Shown here piece after piece: positions 20,601 through 35,000 of a DNA stretch of 64,000 nt. The stretch comes from Lingula anatina (Eukaryota; Animalia; Brachiopoda), in the NCBI GenBank assembly GCA_051362555.1, contig CM120640.1, forward strand, positions 51,066,788 to 51,130,787, given 5' to 3'. The notes below the pieces were generated by a model, which worked only from the letters and a program-made list of their open reading frames with translations, was not told the DNA's origin and ran no database searches. Within the stretch, counting starts at the first letter, position 1. The number at the start of each line of letters is the position of its first letter. The translations under genes and the position numbers were made by a program.

Positions 20601-23107
20601 GTCCTAAGATAACACTTAACTAAAGCTAAGCAAAGGATAATGTGGCACTCTTTATTATACAAAATAGAAGTTGTGGTTTTCGATTCTAATTATTCTATTA
20701 TGAACACCATATCTATGTGGACTGCTTTTTAATGGTTATTTTCTCATATCATACAACATCATAGTGGCAATGACAGAAATACCAGGATATGGACAAAAAC
20801 ATCAGTTACCAGGAATGGTGTGATGTATAAGACAAACAGTTAGGAAGAATAGTGACAGTAGTAGTACCGAAGAAAAGATTGTTGCCACTTGAAAATATTT
20901 TTTAAATAACTCATTATTTACTAAAAGGAACACAAACAGTACAAATGCAACTAAAACCACATACTGTCGCAACTTAATATATATATATATCAGTGAAGTT
21001 GGATTGTTACAATTCTGTGGGAATACTGTTCACACACAGAGCACGACCAGGCATTCCCTTACTAAATAGTCAGCTGCTGACCACCCTTCAGATGTGCTCA
21101 CCAACTCATCACGCTGGAATATGACAACACGTCCTCCCTTGTCACCCGTGGCTAAGAGCTCTCCATCATGGTTGAATTCCACACAGGAGATGATGTCAGC
21201 TAGAAAGAAAGAGGAAAAGGTTACCCCATTTAACAGATACTAATACATAAACAAAACACAGTAGATGTTGAACCGTTGATGCTGATGGATTGCTGCTGGT
21301 TTATTGGATTTACAAGGTTTCAAAGGCAGATTGTTCCAAGGACACATTTGCATTGGAGACCGTTTAACTGTGCAGGGTGCAAATTGAGCAGCAAAGATCT
21401 TACTCAATGCCACTGTTAACACAATATTTCTACTTCTGGGACATCAATAAACAGAGAATCATGGCTAAAAGCATCTAGATCAATCATTTTACTTTCATTT
21501 GCTTGTATGATGGCCTCTACGTTCAAGTCAGCTACAAACTATAACTCATACTGTAATGACAATAACATCTCTGTTTAGGAATGAAACATTACTAAGTCAC
21601 TTTATACAAGTCAGCATTTAACTTCCCATTAATATGGCTCATCCCACTCAATTCTGCAGTTACTGATAAGTTGCACTATACTTAAAAGTAAACAGGAAGC
21701 CTTTATTTTTTCATCATAAAGACAACTCTATGACCTTTACAACCTAGAGCACCTATCACTGAACATTTGTCTGAGATGATGCCATCATTATGGCATTAAA
21801 GACAACCTTCATTATATATCTTATGATACCCTTGCAGATTCTAAAAAAACAATTTTGTGGCAATCTGTGTAATGTTCGTACTTCTACAAGATACTAGGAT
21901 ACTAACAGACAGGTGCAAGCCATATGTCTAGGGGACTTGCTCAATTTCTACATACTACTCTACAATTTAACATATACATGACATTGCAATACTACATTCC
22001 CCGTTCCATTCAGTACTTGTTTCATTCTATCATATCTAATTTTCACGAAAGCATTACAAGACATCTAACAATGGGCAATAAATATCTGATGTTGTTTTTG
22101 TCAAAATAATCCAATATTACAATAAAATTATTTGACTTTTAAGTAAATGATTAAAAATTATAAAACATGCATAATGATGTACACTTGGACTTATAAAATG
22201 AGCCACACTTTTACTGCATTTTTTAGTTATTTTTATTAGGACATGCATGCCAGATTCATTTGTAATATAACATCATTTAAGTCTTCTTCAGTAATACAAA
22301 GTATTCTCCAAATTAAGAATGTATAAGGGAAGAATGCAATTTGAAAACTTGGAAGCACCTACAATGCAGACCTCTGCTATGTGAAGAGGCCTTAAAACAT
22401 TCTTCAAAAAATTCTTTTACATGATAAATACTAGGAGACCCTAATTCAGTTAAAATTGTAGAACATATTTCTTTACCAAATAAATATGGCTCTATTCTAA
22501 AAATTTATCAAAATCTATCCATTTACAAACTATTGTCTACAAAAACACAACCTTCTTTTTTGGCAGAGGTAAACATCAAACAAGCCCCTTCACTTCTTTC
22601 AACTGAGGCTTACACTCACTTTTTATAAATGAACTGACATTTTCATCTTCAAACAGAACCGTAACATGACAAACAAATGGGATTTACAAGACATGACAGC
22701 TCTCTAAACCGACAGTTGCATGATAGTAAAGGTACATATCTGATTTAACTAGACATGTTTTCTTAAAATAAATGCGTTTGATATTAATTTAGTTGACGGG
22801 AAGTGTTTCTTAATAGTACTTAAACATTCAATCACAAGACTACAGTACCGGCTGAAACTTGGTACCCACCTTCAGTAACATCTTCTTCTACTGTGCCTTT
22901 GACCTGAGAAAAGCACCACTGAATATCACCCCCATTCGCTGAAAATAGAAAACAAACGGTTATACAAAATGCAAAATATGACATCTTTATAAAATCCAGA
23001 ATTCACGTTGACGAAAGAATGTATTCTTCCTGTCGGTGTCAGTGTCAATGGGGTGTATGGGGAGTAGTTCAATTTGAGGATGCATTTACCACTATACCTG
23101 TCATCAT
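17632..23107 (-). CDS. PPP2R2: PP2A regulatory subunit B55 (twins/PPP2R2); exons 23107-23098, 22938-22870, 21199-21102, 20038-19873, 19583-19293, 19130-18966, 18618-18357, 17908-17632
   Basis: Translation gives [94 protein letters not shown] and [12 protein letters not shown], all hallmark B55 sequence. Phases are consistent. Confidence 0.97.
18775..18911 (-). ncRNA. Candidate intronic box H/ACA snoRNA, copy A
   Basis: 137 nt in the host-gene sense orientation. Hairpin 1 (atgcctgtc...ggcaggcat), hinge, hairpin 2 (tgtagggtaa...ttacctgca), then ACA plus 3 nt. Paralogous to 19664-19800. Confidence 0.65.
19131..19292 (-). other. U12-type (minor spliceosome) GT-AG intron in B55
   Basis: The donor is GTATCCTT, a TCTTTAAC branch box lies close to the AG, and the pyrimidine tract is short. 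Splicing restores QSFNIVDIKP. Confidence 0.88.
19664..19800 (-). ncRNA. Candidate intronic box H/ACA snoRNA, copy B
   Basis: Same 137-nt two-hairpin plus ACA layout as copy A. Many differences from copy A retain pairing as G-U. It ends ~80 nt before the acceptor. Confidence 0.65.
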
Positions 23108-23213
23108 AGAGCATCAGTTTGTGGTTTCTGCCACAAAAAAATCCCTGATGTAGGCTTGGGAGTTGAGCAAATTAATCAGTAACCGCTGTTAGGCACGATG
23201 GTGGCCGATTTGA

Positions 23214-23290
23214 GACTCACTTCCCAGCCAACGGAATTTCAAAATGGCGCACCTCGATTTCATGACGTCATTACTATGCATCCCGTAGGA
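23214..23290 (-). promoter_or_regulatory. B55 promoter and possible untranslated first exon
   Basis: A YY1-type CGCCATTTT on the minus strand at ~23241-23249, a palindromic CRE TGACGTCA at 23263-23270, and a strong donor GTGAGT at 23220-23215. Confidence 0.55.
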
Positions 23291-24329
23291 TTGTGGGAAT
23301 GGAAGGAAAATGATGGATGCGGTGCTGTACACCCGTGAGATAAACTTATTGATTATAAATCATAAATGTAAACGGGCGAGTAAAAAAATAACTTTGAGTA
23401 GAATGCATTGCAAAAAAAAAATGCTGTATACATATGACTAAAATATCTGTTACTCAATCACAATGACGCACATAGTTTTGATATGAAATTATAGAATTTT
23501 TTATCAGTTTATAGGCCTAATCATTATATTTATTTCATCATTATCATTTCCTAATTTAAAATTTCAACTTTTGATTTTTCAGCAAATGGTCAAGATAAGG
23601 GGCACAACTGTAAAAGTAACAAAAAAGAAAAACTGAAAGAAACAGCCCTACCGAATCAACCTATATGTTGGTAGGCCTAACTAGGCCCCTATCATACTGC
23701 CCTATAGGCCTACTGAATTCTTATAGTAGATAAAGCACTTCAGGTTAAAGGCTACTGTACAAACTACACCCTTCAACGAACTCATTGTCAAAGCTGCTTA
23801 CAACCAAGATAGGATTTTAGTTACAGCATAGTCAAATCCGGGGAAGGGAGGAGGCGGGTGCAGATTCGCTTAGTGTAGGGTGAGCGTACAGAGTGGACTT
23901 AATTTCTGACTAGGCCTACCCTCCTCTCCCACCATTCTAATATGTTTATATCCTCTCCTCGACATTATATTCATCCCACTAAATGCCCACCAGAAGCACA
24001 TAGTGCAGTTATAACATGTTAAAACAGAACAAAAACAAAAAATACCAATACCAACAGCATCATAAACTAAGCTCCTTTTTATTTGATTATTTTTTTACGT
24101 ACGTTAAGTTTTTTTCATCATTTAATTAGGCACGGGTTTCTCGATTTTTAATATGTAAAATAAATACAAAAATCTTACTGCACTGAGAGATTCATGATAT
24201 CAAAAAGAAAAGGGCACCCACCTCCCCCTAGTTGACAAATTCTAAAAGAAGTTAACAGTGTTTTTGAAGAGGGATAAATACTGGACGTTTTGCATTATTG
24301 GAAACCTTGTTTATGAATTATATGAATAT

Positions 24330-25930
24330 GTCACATCTCCATTTTGATCATTGTCGGTGCAGTGTCCAGTATTTGAGACAAAAACAAGCACACCCATTTG
24401 GTTACCAGCAATACTTACTGAATGATTTAGTTTTGTTCACTGCTGCGTTGAACATTCCGCCAAGCTTCGACGTTAGATTAGCCTGCCTTAACATTGTAAA
24501 AGCCATTCCCGGGAATTCACCAATAGCACAATTGTCGAACATGTGGGCCATTGTAAAGCCTTGCTGTTCTCCATTCTCAACCATGCCACCCTTACTAGTT
24601 TCTGTGGTTTACAAGCACATGAACTTTCCAGTAATTACCACATAAAATACCACAGAGGTTCGCTCAGTAGTACTGCGTCTTGCTATATTGACTGCCCCTG
24701 TAAACCGCTCCGAGGGCCTGCAACGTTTCAGTTGTGTTTTGGTGCAGAGAACATGTGCACACTGTCCTTGTACTAGTGCCAATCCCAAAAGTGAGTTTGA
24801 AAGGGGTCTGTGTCAGATGTGGTTCTTCCCAAAGCTGGTCTATGAATAAATATCGGGAATAAAAGATATAGATCGCCGAGTTGAGTGCTACGGTGTTCGG
24901 CGTGCTAGCAGTGTTTTCGCACCGGGGCAGAAAATCGATGTCCCTTTATCCGTTTTTGCGTACTGCTATCCTTGGTGAACCGACCATGAATTTGTCCGAT
25001 TTGGTTCACCTTAACTCAATAGAACGGTTCTTGCAAACCTATATGTACGATCCAATTATTCGCCAGTAACCTCGTCCGATTCTCTTCCCATCTTCAGATC
25101 TGCTTGTCAATGTCATTAAAAGTCCTAGTTGCAATATTTTACTCTATTGTATTGGGGTTAAGTTATGATTCATTGCTCTTACACAGTCTGGATTATCTGG
25201 ATTACAGCTATTGAGATAAATAACGCTCAATGTCGTTATTGTGGGATGTTTGGGATTAAATGATTGATTCACAGAGTTGGAATAATAAAAGCTTAAAGAT
25301 CAAGGCTATGTCCATACCTGATCGATTATATTCCTAGGGCATAAATCCCAGTGTTACGAGCATGCTGACTACTCACGATATCCGATACGAAAGAGAGAAG
25401 ATCAATATTTTCGATCACAACGTTTAAACTGTTTACTCTGGTGTAACAACAGGGCTCCTCTTTTCAACACTAGAATAAAAGCATATAGGCTCCTGAGTTC
25501 TTGACAAACATATCTATCAATTATTCATAATATTATTATGTGGAGTAGCAAGCTGGTACGACATGATTCTGCTAACAGATCGAAGGAAGACGCGGTCTCG
25601 GTCACCCTACCGGCCCAAAGACATGAATAGCGATCGATTGAGAAAATTGGATTCTAAGATAATTCAATCATTACACTGCTGAAGAAATATCCGACAGCAA
25701 ACCTGCCAACACGTCTGGAAAGATCAGTTGTGCCGTAGAGAAATCGGATTATAATGTGAAGTAAATCTGCTCCGGTCATGTCCAGTACCTGAGAACGAAG
25801 CCTAATATACACTTGCTCCCATACCTGGCAATTGTTCCAGCAGCTTAATTCCCTCCTCATTTCACATCATAGGGTATCCATGCCTACCGATTTCATTCCT
25901 CAGAAAAAGGACTATTATTCCCGCGAGAGA
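24330..25930 (-). pseudogene. Decayed coding sequence with a CUB-domain-like segment
   Basis: Minus-strand frames read GYP...LSCW...IRLRSQVLDM..ADLLHI...LSRRVGRF...FFSS, which is CUB-like. Neighbouring coding-like segments (24400-25100) are broken by stops. Confidence 0.4.
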
Positions 25931-27575
25931 TAAAATCTATGAAATATGTTGCTACCTACTCGGCTTTCCACACATACGTTTCAGAGTTGACGCATTACGT
26001 ATCTCAACGCGCTGTAGGGTGCAGTTCACAGGGAGTTAGAGTGGGGGTCGAGTGCCATTTTCGAAAAGTAAACATATTTTCTCTCTGTCCTCTTAAGAGG
26101 AGACAACTGTATGGGTCAAACACGTTTCACCAAATACGTGTGTAAAAGGGTAAACATATATCATTGAATTCGCTTGAGGGTTGTATTTTGGCATGCTCTT
26201 TTTTTTCTGACGTCACGCATACTGGTACCTGTAAACAATTCCTACCATGTTATGAGAGTTTGTGGCCTCAGGATCTCGTGTTTACTAATAGTGTGTTTTT
26301 TCGGCAAATCAAGCGCGTGTTTTACGACATACTCGTAGATGCTAATTAATATATACTTGTGAAAATTTTGTTTATAAGGGGTAAAATCTAAGGAGGCTGT
26401 TTTTGATAAACGTTCGTATCCTACCTGATCTTTCCAAGACTGGCCTGCGGAATTTTTACACAACACAGCGACTATAGGGCACTATACATGTAAATTAATT
26501 CAGATGATTTGGTAGGCCTATTAGATAGCATTTGTGACACGAGTTTGCCGGGCGGACATGCACCTTTAAATACACCCGACATACGCCCAAAGCTCAATAT
26601 CCGAACATTTAGAAAATACATCAGAGTCTGATTTGGGAATAATTAAAATTAATTGTTCTTTATAATTAATTTTAATTATTAAATTAAAATAGTTTCATTT
26701 TATACTGGTAGGCTACAGCATATACATATGGCAGGCCTATTGTTTATAAAACACAAAATACTCGGTCGATCGGGTTTTTGAAAAGCCTGTGCCCTCAATA
26801 CATATTTCATAATCTTTAAACGTAAAAAAAGAAAAAATCCCCATCACGCAGTTTTGGTCCTATTTTGGGTTTTAAAAATTTCCTTGGGAGTTCCCCTTTG
26901 CTAAAAATAGGGAGGAATGTCACCGATAGAGTGCGTTGTACTCAATAGCCTTATGTTATTTGTCAAACAGAGAGTCACCTATCGTCATTTCACAGGTCAT
27001 TATCACTTGGTTTCGACGCTTGGTGCATCTTTGCAGGTTGAAGACAGGTGAGTTAATGTCAGTATTCGCTCAACTGAAGTTCAGATTTGTTAAAATTGAT
27101 CCAGTGCTGATGTAGTTAAAATCCCGGTTTCGATTCGAGTTCGGATTGAATAAAATGAAAGCAAGTAGGCCTACGAATATTTAAGCAACAGCGTAAACAA
27201 GTACTTTCGTTTCGTTTACCCTGCACTTTTTTCTGCATGATGCATATGTTCACTTCTTGCTGCTTTTTAAAACAACGGTTTAGCAAGGATAAAAGAGTGA
27301 CCGTTTTGATTTGATAAATGTCGCAGAATGTCAGGTGCCTTCAACAGATCTGATCGAAAAAATTCAATAAGACCAAATATTTACCCCAATTGCCTAAATA
27401 CTAGTTATAACAATGAAGCCTAGCCTGATTTGTGCGATACCATCTACGATAATCCTACAGCCTCCGTGCGTAGATCTACCATTTTCAAAATACGTCAAAA
27501 ATTTAGCTTGAAACCGCTGGATTTCATACATGGCCACCGGAAAGGGATTTACGGGCAGTGTACGTACACCGTACG

Positions 27576-27730
27576 GACGTCGTACCCTGTACCAGGGCGA
27601 GTAATAGATTTTTTACAGATAGGCCTACTCAACTGAGTTGAGCCCTAAATGACCATCTATCTAGCTAGAGACATATCTGTGAATATCTGTAAAAAATCTA
27701 TCACTCGCCCTGGTAGAGGGTACGGACGTC
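27576..27730. repeat. ~46-bp inverted repeat within a CpG-rich putative transposon relic
   Basis: 27576-27621 is the reverse complement of 27684-27730 with about 3 differences. Confidence 0.85.
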
Positions 27731-28681
27731 GCATGGTAAATGTAATCTAGGCTTAACCGGTGTTCCGCTGGCAATCTTCCGCTTACGAAGTCTTTTGAAC
27801 ATATATATGAAATTGCTTTCTCGTCTCGCTCGGATCGCTTACGATCCGGAAAGCAGGTACTTGCCAAATGTGTAGTCGTGGTGAATAACATCGGTGTATT
27901 TTACTACATAGGTATTTGAGTAGTTTGGGAGAATTTGATTTTGAATTCGCTTGTAGGTAGCAAGCAAGACACATGCAGACGTATTTTAGAGAAAGTGTGG
28001 GCCATGTTGGACCAGTTACATCACACATTCTGAAAAATTAACTACTCCGCACGAAATTTTGCTGGCCGGTGGCTACCGTCCCAGACTGCCATGTGTCATT
28101 TTATCTTGATATAAACTTTAAATAACATGTCGGAGGGAGGTTCACTGCCGATAACACATGAGGAGGAGGGAGAGGGGAGTAATCCCGTCTTAAGTGACGG
28201 GCACTCCAGATAATCAGCATATTAGCGCTCGCCCGCACAACTGTTTCCATTTTCTTTCTTCTGACAAGCCCAGAGTACAAAATTTGTGAATGGGAATCAT
28301 CTGATAGATAAGCCCAAAAACCTTTCCACTTAGCATAAAATCAAGCGAGATTTCGAGGTATTTGGAGGAAGAGTGGTGAGGAGAATGTTGCGACAAAAAA
28401 TAATACATAAATAAATAAATGAATAAAATGGAACATAAAAGCTGACAGGATCACAGAATTGTCTTTTGCAATTCAGTACGCTTCACCAAGTTTTACATGT
28501 GACTTTTGTTTTGCTTCACAAATGGACATTTCAGGTGCATGTTTTGTATACAAAATATGTTATAAGATAAGAGTTTATTCGGCCAGTTATAAAAATCGGA
28601 CATAATATTCTTCGGAGCAAAATTTGATAAATGTACAAAGTAAAAGTAATAAAATAAATAAATTGAGAATTAGATTTAAAG

Positions 28682-28724
28682 AAATAAAATAAAATAAAAT
28701 AAAATAAAATAAAATAAAATAAAA
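28682..28724. repeat. (TAAAA)n microsatellite
   Basis: Read directly from the sequence. Confidence 0.9.
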
Positions 28725-29077
28725 TGCACTACGACGTTACTAATGCTTTACCCGTATCGCCTAAACGTGAACCCCACCTACCGAGGATTCTTGCACGTTT
28801 TCCAATCACGTATAACGTCACGTAGAGCCATCAGTTTCGTTTTAGGTTCTCTTGGATGATTCACATTGTTATGATAAAGACACAAAGTTCAAATTAGGGT
28901 AGGGGGAGCAGTTGGCGTACGGATTCTCGATCATGTCCCCTTTTGAAAATGCCAATGATATGCAGATCGGCAGGTAGAACAAAACGTCACATGTTGTCAT
29001 GCGGGTACAAGCAAAGAATTCTTATGTACTTCCTTGCACTTTTTTAATTACAGTAAAGAGTTGTTGAAAACGTCGCA

Positions 29078-32000
29078 ATGGGTAACGAACTGAGTAGTCG
29101 GGAGCTTGGTAGTGATCTTGCCATGCTGGCACTGCTAAGAAGTTTGGAGGAGGCACGGATGGGACGGAGCAGTTCTGAACCTATAATGACACAGCATGGT
29201 TGGGACCCTGATGATTGTTCAGATAATATGGATGTGCTGGAAGATGGACTTAAGGTCAGGATATTCGAACTGGTTTTGTACTGACTGATTTGTTACTCTT
29301 TTTATGCACTCTTATCTGCTCGATCGGACTATCAATTCTTTTCAAATGTCTTCTCCTACACAATCATTTCAAATCTGATATGCATGATCTCGAGCAATGT
29401 TTCATTTAATCTAAAATATTTGGCCGAGTGAGAGTTTTAAAGTCTTAAAATTTAATCAGAATTATGTTATGTTTTACTGTAAGTGGCTTTAGAATGTGTA
29501 GTAGTTATGTGGCTTTTCCTAATATTGAGGCCTTTGATTAGTAATAAACATTCTAACCATCAGGCCATTTGGGACAATTTCTTATCAAGTTTCTTTAAGT
29601 ATAAATCTTTTGAGAGGTTCACTGAAGGACAATATTAGTCTACTTTTTCAATCGTTAAATGTCATTTTGTGATATCTAGAGGTATTTCTGCATAATTAAC
29701 CTCATAGCAGATATATACTTTGTTTTTGTCTTAGTTGAATTGCTGAAATTTGTAAAAAATTTGTAAAACTCTTTTACTATCCAATTTTCCTATCACTTTA
29801 TTTACTCTGCTTTTTTTTTCTTTTTTGATATCTATATATGTAAAGTCAAAAAGTTTTTTTACTAGCTTCTCTTTGTAAAAATTGATGGTAAAATTGATAC
29901 TCTTTCTCAAAACTCGGTATTGATCAATCTACCTTCAGGTTAGAAAAAAGGTTTCTAGAACTCTGTCACCCCTTTTACCAATCCCAGAGATGCGCACTGA
30001 CGCCGTTCGTGGTAAAAAGAGTTACAGGAACGGCACCCACATCTGGCGTATTCATTGGCCAAAGCAGCACCGCGGCTCTCACGCAATGGTGGGCGTGGCC
30101 TCCACCCAGGCCCCTTTAAAATGCATAGGCAAGTGAGACTTGACATTTAATATGGAATATTTTTTTCGAAATAATTTTTTATCAGTTTTTTCCTATTTTG
30201 CTGACTGATAAATGAAAATAAGGATTAAAATCGTGTTTTAATAACTTTAAATTAACTCTTTGATGTCATTGTGACATCAGTTCATAAATGGAATTCGCCA
30301 GAGTAGCAAACAAAAACACATCGCCTATTCTATGTCATACGACTCCCATTAAAAGAGATATTTTGGATCTCCACATTTTCCAAATTATCGTCTGTAAAAG
30401 GGTAATACGCTCCACAAAAGACCCTCATGTCAGTTGCTAGTCACAGTAATGGTCTTGTTACGCCTGGCCTCTTCGTGGCTGTTGCCAGCGCTCTCAAGCG
30501 GCAAGGCATTTCTTGGGGGTAGGTTTTTAGAGTTCAATCTGGAATAGCATTCCAGGCATCGGTCTAAAATTGTCCAATCTGGTCCAGTTTTGTTGTAGGA
30601 CATGTAGGCAGTTGATTGGTGAGTAATGGTCTACCGAAATATTGTCTATGTGGTTCAAATGTGGCGATTTTGATGACCAGGGTAGCTGCTCATTCCCTTG
30701 GTTCTTTAAGTTATCTGCCATTAAAAGTGCTCTGTGTGAACCTGCAACCTCATCGTGCAACCTAGAATTGTTCCTAAGGTGCCCCCTATCAAATGATAGT
30801 CAAGTGGTTCCGAGATTATTCCTTTATTTGATCTGGTTCAGGTTTTCGTCGATGACTACCATTGGTGTTTTGGCACCAATGTGGAATGTACTCCAAATAC
30901 TGACGCTGTCAACCACCCTTGTCACTTTAGACCCGGCATATGCTTCGTCGTAGGCCTCTTCTGGATATCTGTAAACTCTGTTTTGACTAATTGGGCGGTA
31001 CAGGTGAAATCTGACCTCAATAAAGAAAGCCACGCAGTTTCAGTGTTCTACCCAGAATCGTTCATGGCCCCCAATTCATTAGAGAAACAGACGACGATGT
31101 TTTGCTGTATACAGTGGGTACTTCGGAGGTCATTTGGTGTTCTTACCTGCTAAAACCAGTTTGGTGTTCGCTAAGGGCCTTGAAAAACGCATTTTAGTGG
31201 CAATTTACCCCTCGTTCTGAACGGACTGTGTTTTTTGTTTAGTTGCAGCAGCGTATCCCGAAAGACAGTGGGTCTTGTATCCTGTAGGTAAAATTTTGAT
31301 ACATTGGGGTGACCTCTGTGTAGGTACATCAGTCTGGGCATTACTCTATAAAACTGTGGGGACCGTTCCGTTTGGCGCTATGATCTGTCTGGTTATGTCT
31401 GTCTTTTTCGCGCCATTCTGCCTTAGATTAACAGATTTGTAATGCACTACTTGACTCATCTTATGCACTGCAAAACTGACCGCTTGCATGCAAAATGTCA
31501 AATTCTTCTATGCAGTAGTTGCCGAAATATGGATACTTTTTTGACAGAACCAAGCTTTGCCTAAGCCAAGCTTTGATCAGCCCAAAGGAACACTACCCAA
31601 TTAAATCACTGCAAATTACATAATGTAGCAGCGCAACAGGCATGAAAGTCAGTTAATTGGTAGTGACACACCTGACTGCACACTTTTACATTCACAAATC
31701 TTATATGAGATCGGAGTTTTTTGAAAAAAATAACTTATTTTTACCTAGGTATACCTTCGAAACTGAAATATTCCATATTAAATGTCAAGTCTGTATATAT
31801 CAGCACGTCCAGGATACTGGGTAACAACAATTGGGCATGTGATCAAAATTTCAACATGGCGCATATTTTGTGAGCACGCTCTCTGGTTAGAATATGTATC
31901 GTATTTTGCTTTATATTCATAAATTTTGGAAAACAACACTAAACATACGAAAATTATCAGGAAAGAGTACACCTAACTTCGCAGAGTTCGAAAAGCACGC

Positions 32001-35000
32001 TGCGATCTTGAATCGGCGGTTAAACAGCGATGACATGAAGTCGATTTTCGTGAGTTACACGTCAAAAACTGGGAACCGGATTTTACTAATTTAATTGGTC
32101 TCATTAATATTTATGTGACGGGGTCATTACGTCATCAGTGGAAATTTTCACAATCAACGCTAGGTCCTTTGGCTAAATCTGAACGGGGAACCGAAACTTC
32201 ACGATAGCTGTGGCTTCGCTGTCGTGAGTGTCTGAAGGAAACGAAACATTGGGCTATAACATGTGTGATTACACGCTCAGATAACACATTGTTATTTTAT
32301 GAAAAGCAGACTGTATTTCAGGTATTTAAATTCCAAAATTGAACGATTTGTATAGTTCACGTGTATGGGAGATACTCTGTACTGAAGTTGAAAACGGAAA
32401 CGATGGTAATGCACAAAAACCCGTTTTCTTCAACCATCAAAATTCTTTAGTGTGTGAACCGTAAATGATCCTTGAGATAACCAAAAAACATGACAGTACT
32501 ATTCTGAGAGTTTTCTTTTCCAAAGTGTACAGCTGCAAAACAGACTGGTATGTCTGTGTCCCAGATTTTTAAGCACTGTTTTTATTTAGTGTCATTTTCG
32601 GCCAAGAATTAAAAAGTTTAAAATACACAGCAATGTTTGGAAACACAAAATTGTTTGTTATAGTAAAACAAATCCATCCCCTTTCACATGAAAGCACACC
32701 CATTGTAATCCAACACATGGTAATATTTTGACAGGCATTCAAAGATGATAACCCATTGTTGTTATCCAGTATCGTGGACGTCCAGATAAGTAAAAGCACA
32801 TCGTATTCGACAGAAATGTTATGGACTGTACTGATTATTCATATGACATAAGTGTGTGATTCACAGAAAGACAAATAGCTAAACACGCAAGTTCTGGTAT
32901 GCTATGCCCTACTATTTTTTTGCTCTGGCATATAATATAACAGTTTGACGTGAATTTTGAATAAAATAATCCCATTTATACTTCGATTCAGGTTTCACAC
33001 ACTTGATTGGTTCCAACGACCAGTCTCTAGGCTGGGACATCGCACGGAATCTTTTGATCTATAACGACTGTACTATCAGACGTTATCCAGACGGTAAAAT
33101 GCCTGGATTCGAAGCCCCAGAGGACATTACAGTTATTCTGAACATGGATACTGGTGTGCTGGGATTTAAAGGTGGAGGTGAAAACTACGGCGTAGCTCTG
33201 ACTGGACTGAGGAGCATCAATCGACCGTTGTCCCCTGCCATAAGTGCCACTAGAGACGGGGCTGAGATTGGAATCCACTACTTAGGTGGCACAGGTGATA
33301 TTAAAAATTATATAACATTATATTCTGTAATTAGAACATATATAATTATCAAAATTAAGCATCAAGTTTTTAATATTTATCTTATTGCTGCTTAGATTTT
33401 TGTCATCGATAATATCTTCAATCGTTTACAAATTACAATCCCAACGTTGCTCTATTTGTTGAAATTTGGAATTTGAAAAAACTCTTATTTAGATTCTGGT
33501 CCAACTGTTGGCCCTACACCAATCACAAGTCCGCGACCAGCATCTGCTGCAGGGGCATTCACCTTCCATAGTAAAGTGCACGGCAGTGCCGTCAAGTTTT
33601 TGAACAACTACAGAACAGCCGCACGAGAAGAGTAAGTGTATTCTAAGATAATATTGTTCAAAAATCAAACTTTATTCCACATATTAGAATTTTGAAAAAT
33701 GTGGTGCATTCATAACTGCAAATGTCTGTCGCAGTGTTGAAGCCAAATCCATCCGCCCAAGCTGTATTGAACAAACGCGTTTCGTCTTACTATTGACCTA
33801 CGTATGGCTCTGCTTTACTCTAAGTCACCCTACCTACCCTTTCCAACACCTACCCCTACCAGAACGAACCGATAGGATAACTTTAAAATATCTATACAAT
33901 ATTGCATGTTCTTAAGTAAGCATACTAAGGACTTGTTTTTTATTTATTTTTTCATCCATTGTTTTGAACTTTACATTCACCTTCACTGAATGCCTTAGAT
34001 ACGTTTAAAAAATTTATTTAAACACTTTAATGTTTTCAAGTCCCCTCAACAATGACAAGAACGCAGTGGTGTTCACTTCTCGGCCCTTGGAAACAGAAGA
34101 ACTCTTTGAAATCCACATAGACAAGAGAATCAAGGGTTCTGATAAACCTGGTTCCGTGGAAATAGGCGTTACCACTGTGAACCCTCAGCAGCTGAGTTCT
34201 GTTCCAGCCACCATGACTGACTGCAAAGTTGGTCAGACCTGGATGTACAGTGGAGCTGAAATGTTGTTGAATTCACTCAAAGTGGCGAACATGCCCAAAG
34301 ACATCTATGAACTTCAGGTATCGATACACTCGTAGGTGGATCTGGGGGTTGGTGAGAGGCCAAAAATGAAGTGACCTCCCGATCCTTATGTGAATCCTCC
34401 AGTGTGCACTCTTAGGTTATGGGGAGACGGAAATAAAATGTCTTTTTTTTACCGAAAACTAAAAAAATTAATTTTCATTTCTTAAAAAAAACTGCAGCAA
34501 TTGCATTAGTCCCAGAATAGTACATGGCAGACAAGTTAAGCAGTAAATCTTGATATCTGTTTGTGAAAGCATTAATTGGCATTTTGAAAATTCTTATTCC
34601 TTCATTTAGACCGAAATTAAGAATTAGCAAAAGATTGGTCTTGGTTTGAACATAGAGTAATGGAATCTAGCAGTTAACATGGCCTTAAGCCTGACTTTTT
34701 CTTGAATACGTTCACTTTTTCACTTAGTCAACTGGGAAGTTATCTAAACTGGGAGTGAAACGTGATGCTCAAGGGCGACTGGATATATTTGTCAATGGTG
34801 AATACATTGGCACTATTAACGACAGGTTCCCCACCACTATCTACGGAGTTGTGGATATCTACATGCAAACCGTACAAGTCAGCATCACAAGTATGTATTC
34901 TTCAAGTTTTTGTATGATTTCTGTCGCCATTGCATTTCTGTCGCCATCGCCAATGCATAAGTTATCACTGACATGTGTGATAGGTTGAAAAGTAATAACC

